From NCBI RefSeq assembly GCF_004765795.1, contig NZ_SBIV01000001.1, positions 124,001 through 188,000 on the forward strand: a stretch of DNA of 64,000 nucleotides, written 5' to 3'. The stretch comes from Halorussus marinus (GTDB taxonomy: Archaea > Halobacteriota > Halobacteria > Halobacteriales > Haladaptataceae). Shown one piece after another: positions 30,186 to 41,679 of this stretch. Position numbers and translations under genes: made by a program. A model generated the notes under the pieces. The model was not told the DNA's origin. It searched no databases and saw only the letters and a list, made by a program, of their open reading frames with translations. Numbering within the stretch: the first letter of the stretch is position 1; every line of letters starts with the position of its first letter.

Positions 30186-31760
30186 ATGGTCGACGACGAG
30201 CCACCTGACGAAGCTGTCGAAGAGGAACTGGCGGAGGCCCGCCGCGCCCGCGGCGGCTCCCGGATCGAGTTCTACGGCGGCCCCGCCGCCAGCACCATCC
30301 CCATCGCGTTGTTCATCGTGTGGGCGATCGTCCAGAGCGGACTGTTCCGCATCGGGGACACGACCGGCCTCGTCGCGGGGATGTTGCTCGCGCTCATCGT
30401 CGGGATGTTCTTCGCCAAGGGCGACTGGAAGACCTACGCCAACACCATCTTCGACGGGATGACCCAGCGCGTGGCCGCGACCGCGATCGTGGCGTGGCTC
30501 TGGGCCGGCATGTTCGCCGACACGATCCAGGCGGGCCAGTTCGTGAGCGGCCTCGTGTGGGCCGCCGACGCGCTGTCGGTCAGCGGGACGCTGTTCCCCG
30601 CGATCACCTTCGTGCTGGCCGCACTACTCGCGACCGGCATCGGCACCGGCTACGGGACCACCATCGCGTTCACCGGACTGTTCTTCCCGGCGGGACTGCT
30701 CGTCGGCGCGAACCCCGTCCTGCTGTTCGGCGCCATCCTCTCGGGCGCGGTGTTCGGGGACAACCTCGCGCCGGTCAGCGACACCACCATCGTGAGCGCG
30801 GTCACCCAGAACTCCGACATCGGCGGCGTGGTCGCCTCGCGGTTCAAGTACGCGATCGTGGCGGCGGTGCTCGCGTTCGTCGGCTACCTCGTCGCGGGCT
30901 CGGTGATGCCCGGCGCCGACATCGCGGCCAGCGGCGCGGTGCTCGGCGACGAGGCCGAACCGCTCGGGCTGATCCACCTCGCCTCGATCGGCGTGGTCAT
31001 CTTCACCGCGGTGCGGGGCCGCCACATCGTCGAGGCGGTCTCGTGGGGCATCATCGTCGCGGCGATCGCGAACGTCGCGTTCGGGCTCGCGGCGGTCTCG
31101 GACATGATCCTGTTTCGCGCGCCCGACTCCGTCGCGCTCGCCGACTCGCTGTCGTGGCTCCCGTTCCTGACGACGGTGCCGGCCGGCTCCGATCAGGTCG
31201 GGGTCGCCGGGAGCATCTACACGGGCGCGGCGGGCTTTTTCCCGCTGATCGTACTCACCTTGCTCATCGTAGCCGGCGCCCGGATCATGATCCGGGGCGG
31301 GGGCTTCGAGGCGATTCAGGACTTCCTGCTCGAACGGGTCGCGACCAACGTCCGGCGGGCCGAGACCACGATGGTGCTTGGCACCGCGTCGGTCAACGCG
31401 ATGATCACGATCAACACCGCCGCCGAGATCGCGATCGCGCCGTACATCGCGCGAATCGGCGAGCGGTTCAACATCAACGGCTACCGCCGGGCGAACATCC
31501 TCGACGCCAACACCTCGGCGCTGGGCTACATCTTCCCGTGGGCGGGCGGCGTCCTCGTGGGCTACACCGAGATGCAGGGTCTCGTCGGCTCCGAGGAGTT
31601 CGGGTGGTTCACTCGCGAACTCCTCGTCAATCCCGCCGAGGTCTGGCCGTTCGTCTTCCACGGGTGGCTGCTGTTCGGCGTGTTCCTCGTCTCGGCGCTG
31701 ACCGGGTTCGGGCTCGAATACGTCTCTGACCGCGAGTCCGAGGAGGTGGCTCGCGTATGA
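30186..31760 (+). CDS. NhaC-family transporter (probably amino-acid/Na+ coupled)
   Basis: [25 protein letters not shown] motif; about 12 TMs. Confidence 0.92.
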   Translation: MVDDEPPDEAVEEELAEARRARGGSRIEFYGGPAASTIPIALFIVWAIVQSGLFRIGDTTGLVAGMLLALIVGMFFAKGDWKTYANTIFDGMTQRVAATAIVAWLWAGMFADTIQAGQFVSGLVWAADALSVSGTLFPAITFVLAALLATGIGTGYGTTIAFTGLFFPAGLLVGANPVLLFGAILSGAVFGDNLAPVSDTTIVSAVTQNSDIGGVVASRFKYAIVAAVLAFVGYLVAGSVMPGADIAASGAVLGDEAEPLGLIHLASIGVVIFTAVRGRHIVEAVSWGIIVAAIANVAFGLAAVSDMILFRAPDSVALADSLSWLPFLTTVPAGSDQVGVAGSIYTGAAGFFPLIVLTLLIVAGARIMIRGGGFEAIQDFLLERVATNVRRAETTMVLGTASVNAMITINTAAEIAIAPYIARIGERFNINGYRRANILDANTSALGYIFPWAGGVLVGYTEMQGLVGSEEFGWFTRELLVNPAEVWPFVFHGWLLFGVFLVSALTGFGLEYVSDRESEEVARV

Positions 31761-32023
31761 GCCTCCTCGAGAAGTACCTCGCCGGAATCGGCTTCCGCAC
31801 CAACACGCCCGCGTTCGAGTCGGGCCAAGAGATTTCGGCGTTCGTCACGGGCTACGACGGCGACACGCCGATCGCGCGTATCGGCGACACCGTGCTCCGT
31901 GTCGAGGACGCGCCGGCCGACGCGGTCGACGCCCGGGCGCTCCTCCGGGTCGAGTCGTTCGACGACGCCGACCACACCGGCACCGCGACGTATCTGGAGC
32001 GGACCGGCGAGTCGGCGTTTTAG
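31757..32023 (+). CDS. Small beta-rich hypothetical protein coupled to the NhaC gene
   Basis: ATGA overlap; FVTGYDG...ARIGDTVL. Confidence 0.8.
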   Translation: MSLLEKYLAGIGFRTNTPAFESGQEISAFVTGYDGDTPIARIGDTVLRVEDAPADAVDARALLRVESFDDADHTGTATYLERTGESAF

Positions 32024-32109
32024 CGGCCGGCGAGCGCGGTCGGTCGCCGCCGTCGGACCCGCGCGCAGAACGCGCTCTTTTTGACCCCGCGACGACTACG
32101 CCCGATTAT

Positions 32110-32715
32110 ATGGGCAAGGTCAGCATCGGCCTCCGGGGCTGGCGCTTCGACGAGGACGAGGTGTTCACCGACGAGGGGGAGTTCCGGCCGCTGGACGAGA
32201 TCCCCCAAGACCCCCGCGACCGCCTGCTCCGGCTTCAGGCGCTGGTGGGGTCGCCGTGCGACGCCTGCTGGCTGATTCACGGCGACGAGAACATCGAGGA
32301 GTGCAACGTCACCGAGGTCGTCTACGGCGAACCGCTCGCGGAGGTCGTGCTCTGCTCGGAGCACGAGGCCGACTTCCGCTACTGGTTCGCCGAGGCCGGC
32401 GGGAGCCGGTACAAGGGAAGCGACGAACTCGAAGACGCGTTCCACGAGTGGTTTCTCGACGGCGGGCGCGCGCCCGAGGGGTACGGCGGCATCGAGCACG
32501 TCGAGACCGACCCCGACGACATCCCCGAGCCGCCGGACCCCGACCCCGAGGACCTCGAAGTCGAGGTCCCCGGCGCGGAGCGAGAGCGCATCGACCTCCG
32601 GAACATGGAGGTCACCACCGTCGAGGAGGGCCGGGACGACGACGAGACCGACGACCGCGAGGACGTGACTATCGACGAGGACGACCTCGATCTGAATCAG
32701 GACTACCCCAAATGA
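32110..32715 (+). CDS. Conserved haloarchaeal hypothetical protein with Cys/His cluster and acidic tail
   Basis: [31 protein letters not shown] overlap with trmJ. Confidence 0.85.
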   Translation: MGKVSIGLRGWRFDEDEVFTDEGEFRPLDEIPQDPRDRLLRLQALVGSPCDACWLIHGDENIEECNVTEVVYGEPLAEVVLCSEHEADFRYWFAEAGGSRYKGSDELEDAFHEWFLDGGRAPEGYGGIEHVETDPDDIPEPPDPDPEDLEVEVPGAERERIDLRNMEVTTVEEGRDDDETDDREDVTIDEDDLDLNQDYPK

Positions 32716-33431
32716 AGCCCGCCGTCGCGATCGTCGAGCCGAAGACGCCGGGCAACATCGGCACCATCGCTCGGGCGATGAAGAACTTCGGGATGGACGA
32801 CCTGAAGCTGGTCGACCCCCCGGCGTTCGGCCGCGACAGCGAGGCGTACGGCTACGCGGGCCAGGCCCGCGAGGACGTGCTCCCGAACTACGACGAGGTC
32901 AGCTTCGACCATCTCGTCGAGAACTACCACACCGTCGGGCTGACCGCCACGACCAACGAGGACGCCCGCAAGCACCGGCGGTTCCCGTTCAAGACCACCG
33001 ACGAACTCGCCGACAGCCTGCGCGACGTGGCGGCCCCGACCGTCCTCGTCTTCGGCCGGGAGGACAACGGCCTGACCAACGAGGAGGTCGCGCGCCTCGA
33101 CGAGGTGTGTTCGATCCCGGCCAGCGCCGACTACCCGTCGCTGAACCTCGGGCAGGCCGCCACCGTCACCCTCTACGAGCTCCGGGAGCTGACCGTCCCC
33201 GAGACCCAGCTCCCCGACGTCGAGCGCGAGCGGGCCGACGAGGCCGAGATCGAGGGGTTCTACGACCACTTCGGCTCGTTCCTCGACGCGATCGACCACC
33301 CCGAGGAGAAACGCGAGAAGACCCTGCGGCTCGCCCGGCGACTGCTCGGTCGAGCCCACCCGACCGGCCGAGAGCTCCGGACGCTTCGGGGCGTGCTCCG
33401 GCGCGCGATGTACCACGCCGACGACGAGTAG
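32712..33431 (+). CDS. trmJ: tRNA (C32/U32-2'-O)-methyltransferase, SPOUT family
   Basis: [32 protein letters not shown]. Confidence 0.92.
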   Translation: MKPAVAIVEPKTPGNIGTIARAMKNFGMDDLKLVDPPAFGRDSEAYGYAGQAREDVLPNYDEVSFDHLVENYHTVGLTATTNEDARKHRRFPFKTTDELADSLRDVAAPTVLVFGREDNGLTNEEVARLDEVCSIPASADYPSLNLGQAATVTLYELRELTVPETQLPDVERERADEAEIEGFYDHFGSFLDAIDHPEEKREKTLRLARRLLGRAHPTGRELRTLRGVLRRAMYHADDE

Positions 33432-33483
33432 CTCGCCCAGATAGTCAAATACTTTACCGAAGCGCGGCGTAACACCCACGAAT

Positions 33484-34332
33484 ATGTCTCCCGCAGCACA
33501 GCTGGCCGCCCGGTTCGGCTCGCTCCCGCTGGGCACCCAGTTTACCCTCCTCGTCGCGGTCCCGAGCGTCGCGGTCATGCTCGTCGGCAAGCGACTCTTC
33601 TTGCCGGACGTGGGGTTCCGGCGTCTCGTCGGCGACTTCGTCCGGACAGACTGGAAGTACCTCGGGGTCGCGTGGGTGGTCACGCAGGGCGTGAACACGC
33701 TGGCGATGCACTTTCACGCCCCGCGGACGTTCACGGGGATGGTGTACGCCGTCGAGGGCGCGACCGTCGCCATGTTTCAGGCGATCGCCGTCACCCCCCT
33801 CACCGTCGTCGCGACCGGGATCTACCTCGTGGGGTTCCCGTTCGTGGTCCTGTTCACGTACTTCAAAGTGAAGGCCCACGACGAGGAGCAGGCCCACCGG
33901 TACGCGCTGGCCTACACGGTGCTGGTCGTCACCGCGGTCCCGTTTTTCCTCCTCTTCCCGGTGAAGGTGTCGTCGCTGTACCTCTCGACGGTCGATCCGC
34001 TGATGTACGAACTCAGCCCCGCGATCCAGTACGGTATCTTCTCGACCGACACGCTGGTGAAGGCGTTCCCGAGCCTCCACACCGGCCTGTCGGTGCTGGC
34101 GGCGCTGTACGCCCGGAAGGTAGACGGCCGGTACGCCAACACCGTGACCGCCCTGACGGTCGGCATCGTCTTCTCGACGCTGTATCTGGGCATCCACTGG
34201 GTCATCGACGCCGTGTTCGCGGTGCTTTTGGTCTGGGTGGCCTACCGGTTCTCCCAGTCGGTCAGCGACCCCAAGTGGTCGACGGTCTCCCGGGAGGTCC
34301 TCGCGGGCGTTCGGCGGTACGCGCCGCTGTGA
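33484..34332 (+). CDS. PAP2-superfamily membrane protein (Aur1/IPC synthase-like, PAP2_3)
   Basis: AFPSLH and STLYLGIHWVID motifs; multiple TMs. Confidence 0.88.
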   Translation: MSPAAQLAARFGSLPLGTQFTLLVAVPSVAVMLVGKRLFLPDVGFRRLVGDFVRTDWKYLGVAWVVTQGVNTLAMHFHAPRTFTGMVYAVEGATVAMFQAIAVTPLTVVATGIYLVGFPFVVLFTYFKVKAHDEEQAHRYALAYTVLVVTAVPFFLLFPVKVSSLYLSTVDPLMYELSPAIQYGIFSTDTLVKAFPSLHTGLSVLAALYARKVDGRYANTVTALTVGIVFSTLYLGIHWVIDAVFAVLLVWVAYRFSQSVSDPKWSTVSREVLAGVRRYAPL

Positions 34333-34417
34333 GGGCTCTGAGTCCCTCAGCGTCCCGAGGCGGCGACCCCGGCTCCGGGGAAAAGGTTTTGTCGCCCATG
34401 CCCATTACGTAGCCCGG

Positions 34418-36313
34418 ATGACAGAACTCTCAGGCTCCGATCCGCTCGAAGCGCTGGCTCGCCTGCCGGAGATGGCCCACCCGACCGTCTCGCCCGACGG
34501 CGAGTCCGTCGCCTTCTACTACAACGGGACGGGGCGAAACGAACTCCACGTCCTCGACGTCGAGACCGGCGAGTGCGAGCGCTGGAGCGACGGTGAGGTC
34601 CCCCGGAACAACCGGTGGCCGGTGGCGTGGGCCGCCGACGGCGAGCGCGTCTTCTTCCATCGCGACGAGGACGGCGACGAGCAAAACGACGTCTACGCCA
34701 TCGACGCGACCGGCGCGACCGAACCGGTGTTCGAGTCGGCGGGACAGGCCAGCCTCCAGGACGTCGGCGAGGACGGCGAGACCCTGCTTGTCGGCTCGAA
34801 CGAAGACGGCCAGATGAACCTCTACCGCCGGGACCTGTCGGCCGGGGAGACGACGAAGCTCACCGACTACGACCGGGCGGTGCGGGCGGGCCACCTCTCG
34901 CCCGACTGCGAGCGCGTCGCGTACGCCACCAACGAGGCCGACGACCTCACAAACGAGGACGTCTACGTCGCCGACGCCGACGGGTCGAACCCGCGGAACC
35001 TCGACGTGGGCGCGACCGGCGCGGAGGTCCTGCCGGTCGACTGGGGGCCGGAGGGCGACCGACTCCTGATCGCCGACAACACCGAAGATCTCGGTCGGTG
35101 TGGGATCTACGACCTCGACGCCGACGCGGTGGAGTGGTACGGCGACCTCGAACGCGAGGAGTCCCCCCGGTGTTTCCTGCCCGACGGCGAGCGGTTCGTG
35201 GCGACCCGGATGCGCGAGGCGACCACCGTCCCTGTCGTCTACGACGCCGCGACCGGCGAGTGTCGGGAGTTCGACCTCCCCGACGGGGTGGCCTCGTTCG
35301 GGTGGACCAGCGAGCGCGTCATCGACGAGGACCGCGTGCTCGTGAGCTACACCACGCCCACCCGCCGAACCGAACTCCTCGACTACGATCTGGCGACCGA
35401 CGAGTACGAGCGTTGCTTCGACCGCGAGTACGGTCCCTTCTCGCGCGAGGACTTCGCCGACGCCGAGTACTTCACCTTCGAGTCCGACGGGGTCCCGGAG
35501 ACGCCCGCGCGAGCGGTCGACCTCGACCCCTACGAGACCCTCGACATCGGCGCGCTGTTGTACGACTCGGGCGAGCGTCCCTCGCCGCTGGTCGTCAACC
35601 CCCACGGCGGGCCCCGGGCGGCCGACCGGAAGTCGTTCGACTACCGCACGCAGTTTCTCGTCCACCGGGGCTTTTCGGTCCTGCAGGTGAACTACCGGGG
35701 CTCGACCGGTCGGGGCCGGGCGTTCGTCGAGTCCATCTACGACGACTGGGGCGGCGCCGAGCAGGGCGACATCGCGACCGCGGTCGAGCACGTCCTCGAC
35801 GACCGCGAGTGGCTCGACGGCGACCGCGTGGTCGTCTACGGCGGGTCGTACGGCGGCTACTCCGCCTACTGGCAGGCGGTCCAGTACCCCGACCTCTACG
35901 CCGGCGCGGCCGCCTCGGTGGGGCTCACCGATCTCGAAGACATGTACGAGAACACCATGCCTCACTTCCGGACCGCGCTACTTGAGACCAACCTCGGGAC
36001 GCCCGAAACGAACCCCGACCTCTACCGCGAGCGCAGTCCGGTCGAGCACGCCCAGAACCTCTCGGCGCCGCTGTTGATGACCCACGGCGTCAACGACCGG
36101 CGCGTCCCGGTCTCGCAGGCGCGCATCTTCCGCGAGACGCTACTGGACCTCGGCTACGAGGAGGGCGAGGACGGCGACTTCGAGTACCACGAACTCGGCG
36201 AGGAGGGCCACGGCTCGTCGGACATCGATCAGAAGATCCGGTCGCTCGAACTCCTCGACGGCTTCCTCGACCGACGGATCGACCCGCCGGCGGCCCAAGC
36301 CGACGACGACTGA
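34418..36313 (+). CDS. S9 family acylaminoacyl/prolyl oligopeptidase
   Basis: N-terminal beta-propeller, HGGP, GGSYGG nucleophile, NDRRVP Asp, EGH His. Confidence 0.95.
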   Translation: MTELSGSDPLEALARLPEMAHPTVSPDGESVAFYYNGTGRNELHVLDVETGECERWSDGEVPRNNRWPVAWAADGERVFFHRDEDGDEQNDVYAIDATGATEPVFESAGQASLQDVGEDGETLLVGSNEDGQMNLYRRDLSAGETTKLTDYDRAVRAGHLSPDCERVAYATNEADDLTNEDVYVADADGSNPRNLDVGATGAEVLPVDWGPEGDRLLIADNTEDLGRCGIYDLDADAVEWYGDLEREESPRCFLPDGERFVATRMREATTVPVVYDAATGECREFDLPDGVASFGWTSERVIDEDRVLVSYTTPTRRTELLDYDLATDEYERCFDREYGPFSREDFADAEYFTFESDGVPETPARAVDLDPYETLDIGALLYDSGERPSPLVVNPHGGPRAADRKSFDYRTQFLVHRGFSVLQVNYRGSTGRGRAFVESIYDDWGGAEQGDIATAVEHVLDDREWLDGDRVVVYGGSYGGYSAYWQAVQYPDLYAGAAASVGLTDLEDMYENTMPHFRTALLETNLGTPETNPDLYRERSPVEHAQNLSAPLLMTHGVNDRRVPVSQARIFRETLLDLGYEEGEDGDFEYHELGEEGHGSSDIDQKIRSLELLDGFLDRRIDPPAAQADDD

Positions 36314-36314
36314 G

Positions 36315-37610
36315 TCACTCGGCGTCGACGCGGCCGACCGGGTCGGAGCGCTCGACGGCGGCGGCGACGGCCGAGAGGAGTTCGTCGGGACCGACCACCC
36401 GGCCGCGCTCGGACAGCGACTCGTACAGCGCGGCGGCCTCGCTCCCGGCGAAGTTGCGCTCGGCGAACGGGCGCTCCTCGACCACGACCACCTCGTCGGC
36501 CTCCCGGGCGGCCCGGAGGTTGGCGAGGTTGCCCGCCCCGACCTCCACGTCGGCGAGCACGGTCGCGTCGGCCGCCCGGATCCGGTCTTCGACCTCGCGT
36601 CTGGCCGCCTCGCCGACCGGGGCGAACGGCTCTTCGGTCACCGCCTCGACCCCGAGCGACCGGGCGGTCTCGAGGTCCGAGTCGCCCTCGTTGAGCGCGC
36701 CGACCGACACCTCGTAGCCCGCGGCCGAGAGCACGTACAACAGCCGCGAGACCGTCCCGCCGCCGCCCACGACGTGGACGCGGCCCGCGGGGCGGTCGGG
36801 ACGCTCGGGCAGGGCGGTGACGTACGTCGAGCCGGTCACCGGGTGGCGAGAGACCACCGCCCGCGTGTCGAACGCGGCTTCGAGGTGCCTCTCCGAGAGC
36901 ACCGTCGCGGGGTCGCCGCTCGCCCTGATTCCGCCGTCGGCGAGCAACAGTAGTTCGTCGCAGTAGTGGGCCGCGAGGTTGAGGTCGTGGATCGCCGCGA
37001 TCACGGTCTTGCCGTCGTCGTCGACCAGTTCGCGGACCAACTCCAAGGTCCGGACCTGGTGGTTGATGTCGAGGCTGGCGGTCGGCTCGTCGAGCAACAG
37101 CGCGGGCGCGTCCTGAGCCAGCGCCCGCGCGAGCAGGACGCGCTGGCGCTCGCCGCCCGACACGGCGGTGATCGGCCTGTCGGCGAACCGAGCCACCTCG
37201 GTGCGTTCCATCGCGGCCTCGACGTGTTCGCGACCGGCGTCGCTGGGCCCGGAGAACCGCGACTTGTAGGGGTTGCGCCCCATCGCGACCACTTCCTCGA
37301 CCGGGAAGTCGAAGGCGAGGCCGGTGTCCTGGGGAACCACCGCGATCCGGCGGCTCGCCTCCTTCGAGGAGAGGTCGGCGATCGGATCGCCCGCCACGCG
37401 GACCTCGCCGGCGTCGGGGCCGACGGCTCCGTGGATCGCCCGGAGTAGCGTGGTCTTGCCCGCGCCGTTCGGGCCGACCAGCCCGACGAACCGCCCCTCC
37501 GGGACGCTCGCGCTCACCGAATCGAGGACGCGGTTGCCCCCGAGTTCGACCGTCACGCCGTCGATCTCGATCGCGGATCGGCGGTCGTCGCCGCTCGCCC
37601 CGTCGCTCAC
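36315..37610 (-). CDS. btuD: Cobalamin/Fe-siderophore ABC ATPase with haloarchaeal C-terminal extension
   Basis: [30 protein letters not shown] start overlapping btuC. Confidence 0.9.
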   Translation of the reverse strand: MSDGASGDDRRSAIEIDGVTVELGGNRVLDSVSASVPEGRFVGLVGPNGAGKTTLLRAIHGAVGPDAGEVRVAGDPIADLSSKEASRRIAVVPQDTGLAFDFPVEEVVAMGRNPYKSRFSGPSDAGREHVEAAMERTEVARFADRPITAVSGGERQRVLLARALAQDAPALLLDEPTASLDINHQVRTLELVRELVDDDGKTVIAAIHDLNLAAHYCDELLLLADGGIRASGDPATVLSERHLEAAFDTRAVVSRHPVTGSTYVTALPERPDRPAGRVHVVGGGGTVSRLLYVLSAAGYEVSVGALNEGDSDLETARSLGVEAVTEEPFAPVGEAARREVEDRIRAADATVLADVEVGAGNLANLRAAREADEVVVVEERPFAERNFAGSEAAALYESLSERGRVVGPDELLSAVAAAVERSDPVGRVDAE

Positions 37611-38707
37611 AGCGCGTGCACCTCCCGCGTCCGGAGCAGATAGAGGAAGAACGGCGCCCCGAGGAAGGCGGTGACGATGCCGACCGGGATCTCGGCGGCG
37701 CCCGAGCGGGCCACCGTGTCGGTCGCCACGAGGAACGTCGCGCCCGCAAGCGCGGAGGTCGGCAGGAGGACGCGGTGGTCCGGCCCCACGAGCAGTCGCA
37801 TTACGTGCGGGACCACGAGGCCGACGAAGCCGATGATGCCCGACACCGCGACCGCCGCGCCCGTCACCACGCTGGCGACCGCCAGCAGGAGGCGCTTGGT
37901 GCGCTCGACCTCGACGCCGAGCGCGTGGGCGTCCTCCTCGCCCAGCAGTAGGACGTTGAGGTCCCGTGCGTACGCGAACAGCACCGCGAACCCGATCACC
38001 GCGACCGGGAGCGTGAGCGTCACGTCGTCCCACGACGCCAGGTGGAGGTGGCCCATCAGCCAGTAGACGGCCCGTTCGAGGCTCTCGCCGGCGTGGAGTA
38101 GCAGGAACGAGACGATCGCCCCGAGAAACGTCTGGACGGCCACGCCCGCGAGCAACAGCGTCGCGACCGGCGTCCGGCCGTCCTCGGTGCCGAGCAGGTA
38201 GACCCCGAACGCCGCGACGACCGCGCCGAGGAACGCGGCCGTCGGCAGTCCGAAGGGGACCGCGAACGGGAGCGCGATCGTGGCGACCGCCCCGACCGCC
38301 GCCCCAGAGGAGACGCCGATGATCGAGGGGTCGGCCATCGGGTTCCGAAAGAACCCCTGCATCACGACGCCGGCGGTGGCGAGCGCGAACCCGACCGTCG
38401 CCCCGAGCGCGATCCGGGGCAGTCGGAGGGTCATCACGATCGTTCGGGCGGTCTCGGGCACCGCGAAGTCGAAGGCCGACCGGAACTCCACGGCGGGCAC
38501 GGGAATCGAGAGCGCCGCCCCGGCGAGCCGGAGGGTGTGTTCGTCGAGCGCCACGCCCGCGGGAACCGCGAGCGCGTTCACTAACACCTTTCCGACGACG
38601 ACGTAGTCGAGGCTCACCGGCCCGACCGCCGCGCTGACCACGACGACCCCGATCAGCGCGGCGACCAGTCCGGCCGACCACCACGCCGCGCGAGCGCCCC
38701 ATCGCAT
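37607..38707 (-). CDS. btuC: Cobalamin ABC transporter permease
   Basis: [34 protein letters not shown]. Confidence 0.92.
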   Translation of the reverse strand: MRWGARAAWWSAGLVAALIGVVVVSAAVGPVSLDYVVVGKVLVNALAVPAGVALDEHTLRLAGAALSIPVPAVEFRSAFDFAVPETARTIVMTLRLPRIALGATVGFALATAGVVMQGFFRNPMADPSIIGVSSGAAVGAVATIALPFAVPFGLPTAAFLGAVVAAFGVYLLGTEDGRTPVATLLLAGVAVQTFLGAIVSFLLLHAGESLERAVYWLMGHLHLASWDDVTLTLPVAVIGFAVLFAYARDLNVLLLGEEDAHALGVEVERTKRLLLAVASVVTGAAVAVSGIIGFVGLVVPHVMRLLVGPDHRVLLPTSALAGATFLVATDTVARSGAAEIPVGIVTAFLGAPFFLYLLRTREVHAL

Positions 38708-38768
38708 CGTATGAAAGCCTCTTTGCTTTAGGTAAATACTTATTGGATACTGTCCGAGGTGGTGACGC

Positions 38769-39917
38769 ATGAAGGCGAAACTCACGAGCGCACTGCTCGC
38801 ACTACTGGTCGTCGCGGCGGTCCCGACGGGAGTCGGAGCCGCCGGGACGGCCCAGGCGGAGTGTTCGTTCCCGGTAACCGCGACCGACGCGACGGGAACT
38901 GAAGTGACTGTCGACGAGCGCCCCGAGCGGGTCACCACCCTCTCGCCGAGCGCGGCCCAGACGATGTGGGAGATCGGCGGCGAGTCTCAGGTCGTCGGGC
39001 TGTCCGAACACGCGCTGTATCTCGACGGTGCGGCCGAGCGCACGAACGTCTCGGCCGCCGGAGAGGGCCGGATCAGCGTCGAGAAAGTGGTCTCGACCCA
39101 GCCCAACCTCGTCCTCGCGCCGAACGTCATCTCGAACGACACCGTCACCAAGCTCCGCGAGGCTGGACTCACCGTCTACAAGTTCGGGTTCGCCGCGTCG
39201 ATCGACGACATCTACGCGAAGACCGAGGTGACCGGCGAACTCACCGGTAACTGCGAAGCCGCCGACGAGACCGTCACCTCGATGCGCGACCGCATCGCGA
39301 CGGTTCAGGAGGCGGTCGAGAACTCCGAGCGGCCCGGCGTGTTCGTCTCGGTCGGGGGCGGCTACACCGCCGGCGACGGGACCTTCATCAACAGCATGGT
39401 GGAGCTCGCGGGCGGGACCAACGTCGCGGTCGAGGCCAACGTCTCGGGCTACCAGACGATCAGCGAAGAGATCATCGTCCAGCAGGACCCCGAGTGGATC
39501 GTCGAACTCGGCGCGTTCGGCGCGTACCCGAAGACCGACGCCTACAACGGGACCCACGCGGTCCAGAACGGGCAGGTCATGACCGTCAGCAACCAGAACA
39601 TCAGCCAGCCCGCGCCGCGGGTCGTCAACGCGATCGTCCGGATGGCCGACGCGTTCCACCCCGAGGCGTACGCCGAGGCGAACGCGACCGAAACGACTGC
39701 GACCGAAACGACTGCGACCGAAACGACTGCGATAGAGACGACCGAAACCGCCGAGACCGCCACTACCGCGCTCACGACCGACGAGAGCGCGATGGCCGAC
39801 GCGACCACGGAGACGACCACGGAATCCGGCGGCGCGTCGGGCGGCGTGCCCGGATTCGGCGTGCCCGCGGCGCTCGCGGCCCTCGCCGGGGCGGCGCTTC
39901 TCGCCGGCCGGCGCTGA
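38769..39917 (+). CDS. btuF: Cobalamin-binding protein with PGF-CTERM anchor
   Basis: Sec signal, [15 protein letters not shown], Thr-rich linker, VPGFG + TM + RR. Confidence 0.9.
   Translation: MKAKLTSALLALLVVAAVPTGVGAAGTAQAECSFPVTATDATGTEVTVDERPERVTTLSPSAAQTMWEIGGESQVVGLSEHALYLDGAAERTNVSAAGEGRISVEKVVSTQPNLVLAPNVISNDTVTKLREAGLTVYKFGFAASIDDIYAKTEVTGELTGNCEAADETVTSMRDRIATVQEAVENSERPGVFVSVGGGYTAGDGTFINSMVELAGGTNVAVEANVSGYQTISEEIIVQQDPEWIVELGAFGAYPKTDAYNGTHAVQNGQVMTVSNQNISQPAPRVVNAIVRMADAFHPEAYAEANATETTATETTATETTAIETTETAETATTALTTDESAMADATTETTTESGGASGGVPGFGVPAALAALAGAALLAGRR
39684..39743 (+). repeat. 15-bp coding tandem repeat (ATETT x3 plus one degenerate copy)
   Basis: GCGACCGAAACGACT x3 then GCGATAGAGACGACC. 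Confidence 0.9.
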
Positions 39918-39965
39918 AGTTCCGAACGGGAAAGGTGTTTAACCGACGGGTCCGACCGACCACGT

Positions 39966-40247
39966 ATGGTCGAGAAAGTCCTCTGGCCCGCGTACTTCGA
40001 CGCGGACAAGAGCCGGAACGAGGGGCGACGGGTCGCCGCCGAGATGGCGATCGCCGAGCCGACCGTCGACGAGATCGCCAAGGCGGTCCAGCAGGTGGGG
40101 TACGACGCGGTCATCGAGCGCGACAAGGCCTACTCCCGGGAGAACTGGGACGAGCGGGGCCGGGTGCTGGTGAAAGACGCCGACGACTCGACGAAAAACG
40201 ACCTGATACAGGCGGTCGCCGCGTACGCGGCGGCGCTCCGGGACTGA
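39966..40247 (+). CDS. srp19: Signal recognition particle 19 kDa protein
   Basis: [28 protein letters not shown]. Confidence 0.95.
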   Translation: MVEKVLWPAYFDADKSRNEGRRVAAEMAIAEPTVDEIAKAVQQVGYDAVIERDKAYSRENWDERGRVLVKDADDSTKNDLIQAVAAYAAALRD

Positions 40248-40474
40248 TGGAGCGTCTCGGCGAGGTCGTCAGGACCGCACAGGGGCTGGCGATCGTCCGG
40301 TGCGGCGACGAGCGCCACCCCGACGTGGGGACCGAGGCGGTCGACGAACAGCTGACCGCGGTCGGGCGGGTCGTCGACGTGTTCGGGCCGGTCTCGCGCC
40401 CGTACGTCGCGGTCTCGCCCGACGACGGGGTCGCGCTCCCGACGCTGTTGGGCGAGAAGCTCTACGCCCGCTGA
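40247..40474 (+). CDS. gar1: H/ACA RNP protein Gar1
   Basis: VGRVVDVFGPVSRPYVAV; TGATG coupling to srp19. Confidence 0.9.
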   Translation: MERLGEVVRTAQGLAIVRCGDERHPDVGTEAVDEQLTAVGRVVDVFGPVSRPYVAVSPDDGVALPTLLGEKLYAR

Positions 40475-40522
40475 CCGTCCCAATCCACAACCCCAAAGGC
40501 CGAGGCCTGCGAGCGTCCCGAC

Positions 40523-41563
40523 ATGGAAGACAGAACGCGTCTGCTCGGGGCGGTCGGGCTCACCGTCGCGATGTTTCTGCTGGTCCAACTCGGCGCGCTG
40601 GCGCTGGTCGAGCCGTTCCAGCGCGCCGGCTACCAGCAGGTCGAGAACCCCTCGGACCCGACCAACAGCCTCCTGTACGTCGGCGCGGTGCTGGTCCTGA
40701 CCGCGGCGATGCTCGCGATCATCAAACTCGACGTGCAGTGGCTCCTCCGGGGCGGGATCATCCTCACCAGCGGCCTGCTGTCGTGGTACGTCTTCTCGGT
40801 GGTGATGCCCGCCGGCCTCGCCGTGACCGTCGACGGCGCGGCCGTGAACGTCCTCGCGATCGGCGCCGCGCTGGCGGTGTCGGTCGCCCTGCTGGTCCAC
40901 CCCGAGTGGTACGTCATCGACGCCACCGGGGTCATCATCGGCGCGGGGGCGGCCGGCCTCTTTGGCATCAGTTTCGGGCTGTTGCCCGCCATCCTCCTGT
41001 TGGGCGTGCTCGCGATCTACGACGCGATCAGCGTCTACGGCACCGAGCACATGCTGACGCTCGCCTCGGGCGTGATGGATCTCAAGATTCCGGTGGTGTT
41101 CGTGGTGCCGATGACCCTCTCGTACTCGTATCTCGACGCCGGCGACGACTCCGACGGCGACGACGACGGCCCGGCGGACACGGAGTCGTCGGTCGGCGAC
41201 GCCGAGGACGCGGCCGCGAATCCCGACGGCGCTGACGCCGACCACCCCGAGGCCGAGCGCCCCGACATCACCGACCGCGACGCGCTGTTCATCGGCCTCG
41301 GCGACGCCGTGATGCCGACGGTGATGGTCGCCAGCGCGGCCTTCTTCGCCGACGCCGAGCCGCTGGTATCGGGCATCGCGCTGAACCTCCCTGCACTGAC
41401 CTCCCTGCTCGGGACGATGGCCGGCCTGCTGGTCCTGCTCTGGATGGTGCTGAAAGGCCGGGCCCACGCCGGGCTTCCCCTGCTGAACGGCGGCGCCATC
41501 GGCGGCTACCTGATCGGCGCGCTGGCGAGCGGGCTGACGCTGACCCAGGCGCTCGGACTGTAA
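40523..41563 (+). CDS. Presenilin/signal-peptide-peptidase-like intramembrane aspartyl protease
   Basis: YDAISV, GLGD and AGLP (PAL-like) motifs; about 9 TMs; acidic loop. Confidence 0.93.
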   Translation: MEDRTRLLGAVGLTVAMFLLVQLGALALVEPFQRAGYQQVENPSDPTNSLLYVGAVLVLTAAMLAIIKLDVQWLLRGGIILTSGLLSWYVFSVVMPAGLAVTVDGAAVNVLAIGAALAVSVALLVHPEWYVIDATGVIIGAGAAGLFGISFGLLPAILLLGVLAIYDAISVYGTEHMLTLASGVMDLKIPVVFVVPMTLSYSYLDAGDDSDGDDDGPADTESSVGDAEDAAANPDGADADHPEAERPDITDRDALFIGLGDAVMPTVMVASAAFFADAEPLVSGIALNLPALTSLLGTMAGLLVLLWMVLKGRAHAGLPLLNGGAIGGYLIGALASGLTLTQALGL

Positions 41564-41623
41564 GGTGCGGTGTGTCACCGCGACTGGCTCGGGAGCCGTT
41601 CTCGGGGCGCCACCGGAACGACA

Positions 41624-41649
41624 TACTCAAACCCGAGTAAACATTTAAA
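41624..41649 (+). promoter_or_regulatory. TrmB-type box TACTCAAACCCGAGTA (41624-41639) next to TATA box TTTAAA (41644-41649)
   Basis: Exact TACT-N7-GAGTA followed by a canonical TATA. Confidence 0.7.
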
Positions 41650-41679
41650 CCGCCTATGAACTGGACGCACCCCCGAAAC

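Noticed and set aside
36315..38702. 795-aa permease-ATPase fusion suggested by the ORF track
   Set aside because: The upstream part is an off-frame shadow of btuC; the real ATPase starts at GTG 37610
38708..38768. Cobalamin riboswitch upstream of btuC/btuF
   Set aside because: The divergent gap is only 61 nt and is filled by TATA elements; too short for a B12 element
39684..39743. 15-bp tandem repeat as a phase-variation locus
   Set aside because: In-frame Thr-rich linker typical of PGF-CTERM surface proteins; copy change would not shift the frame
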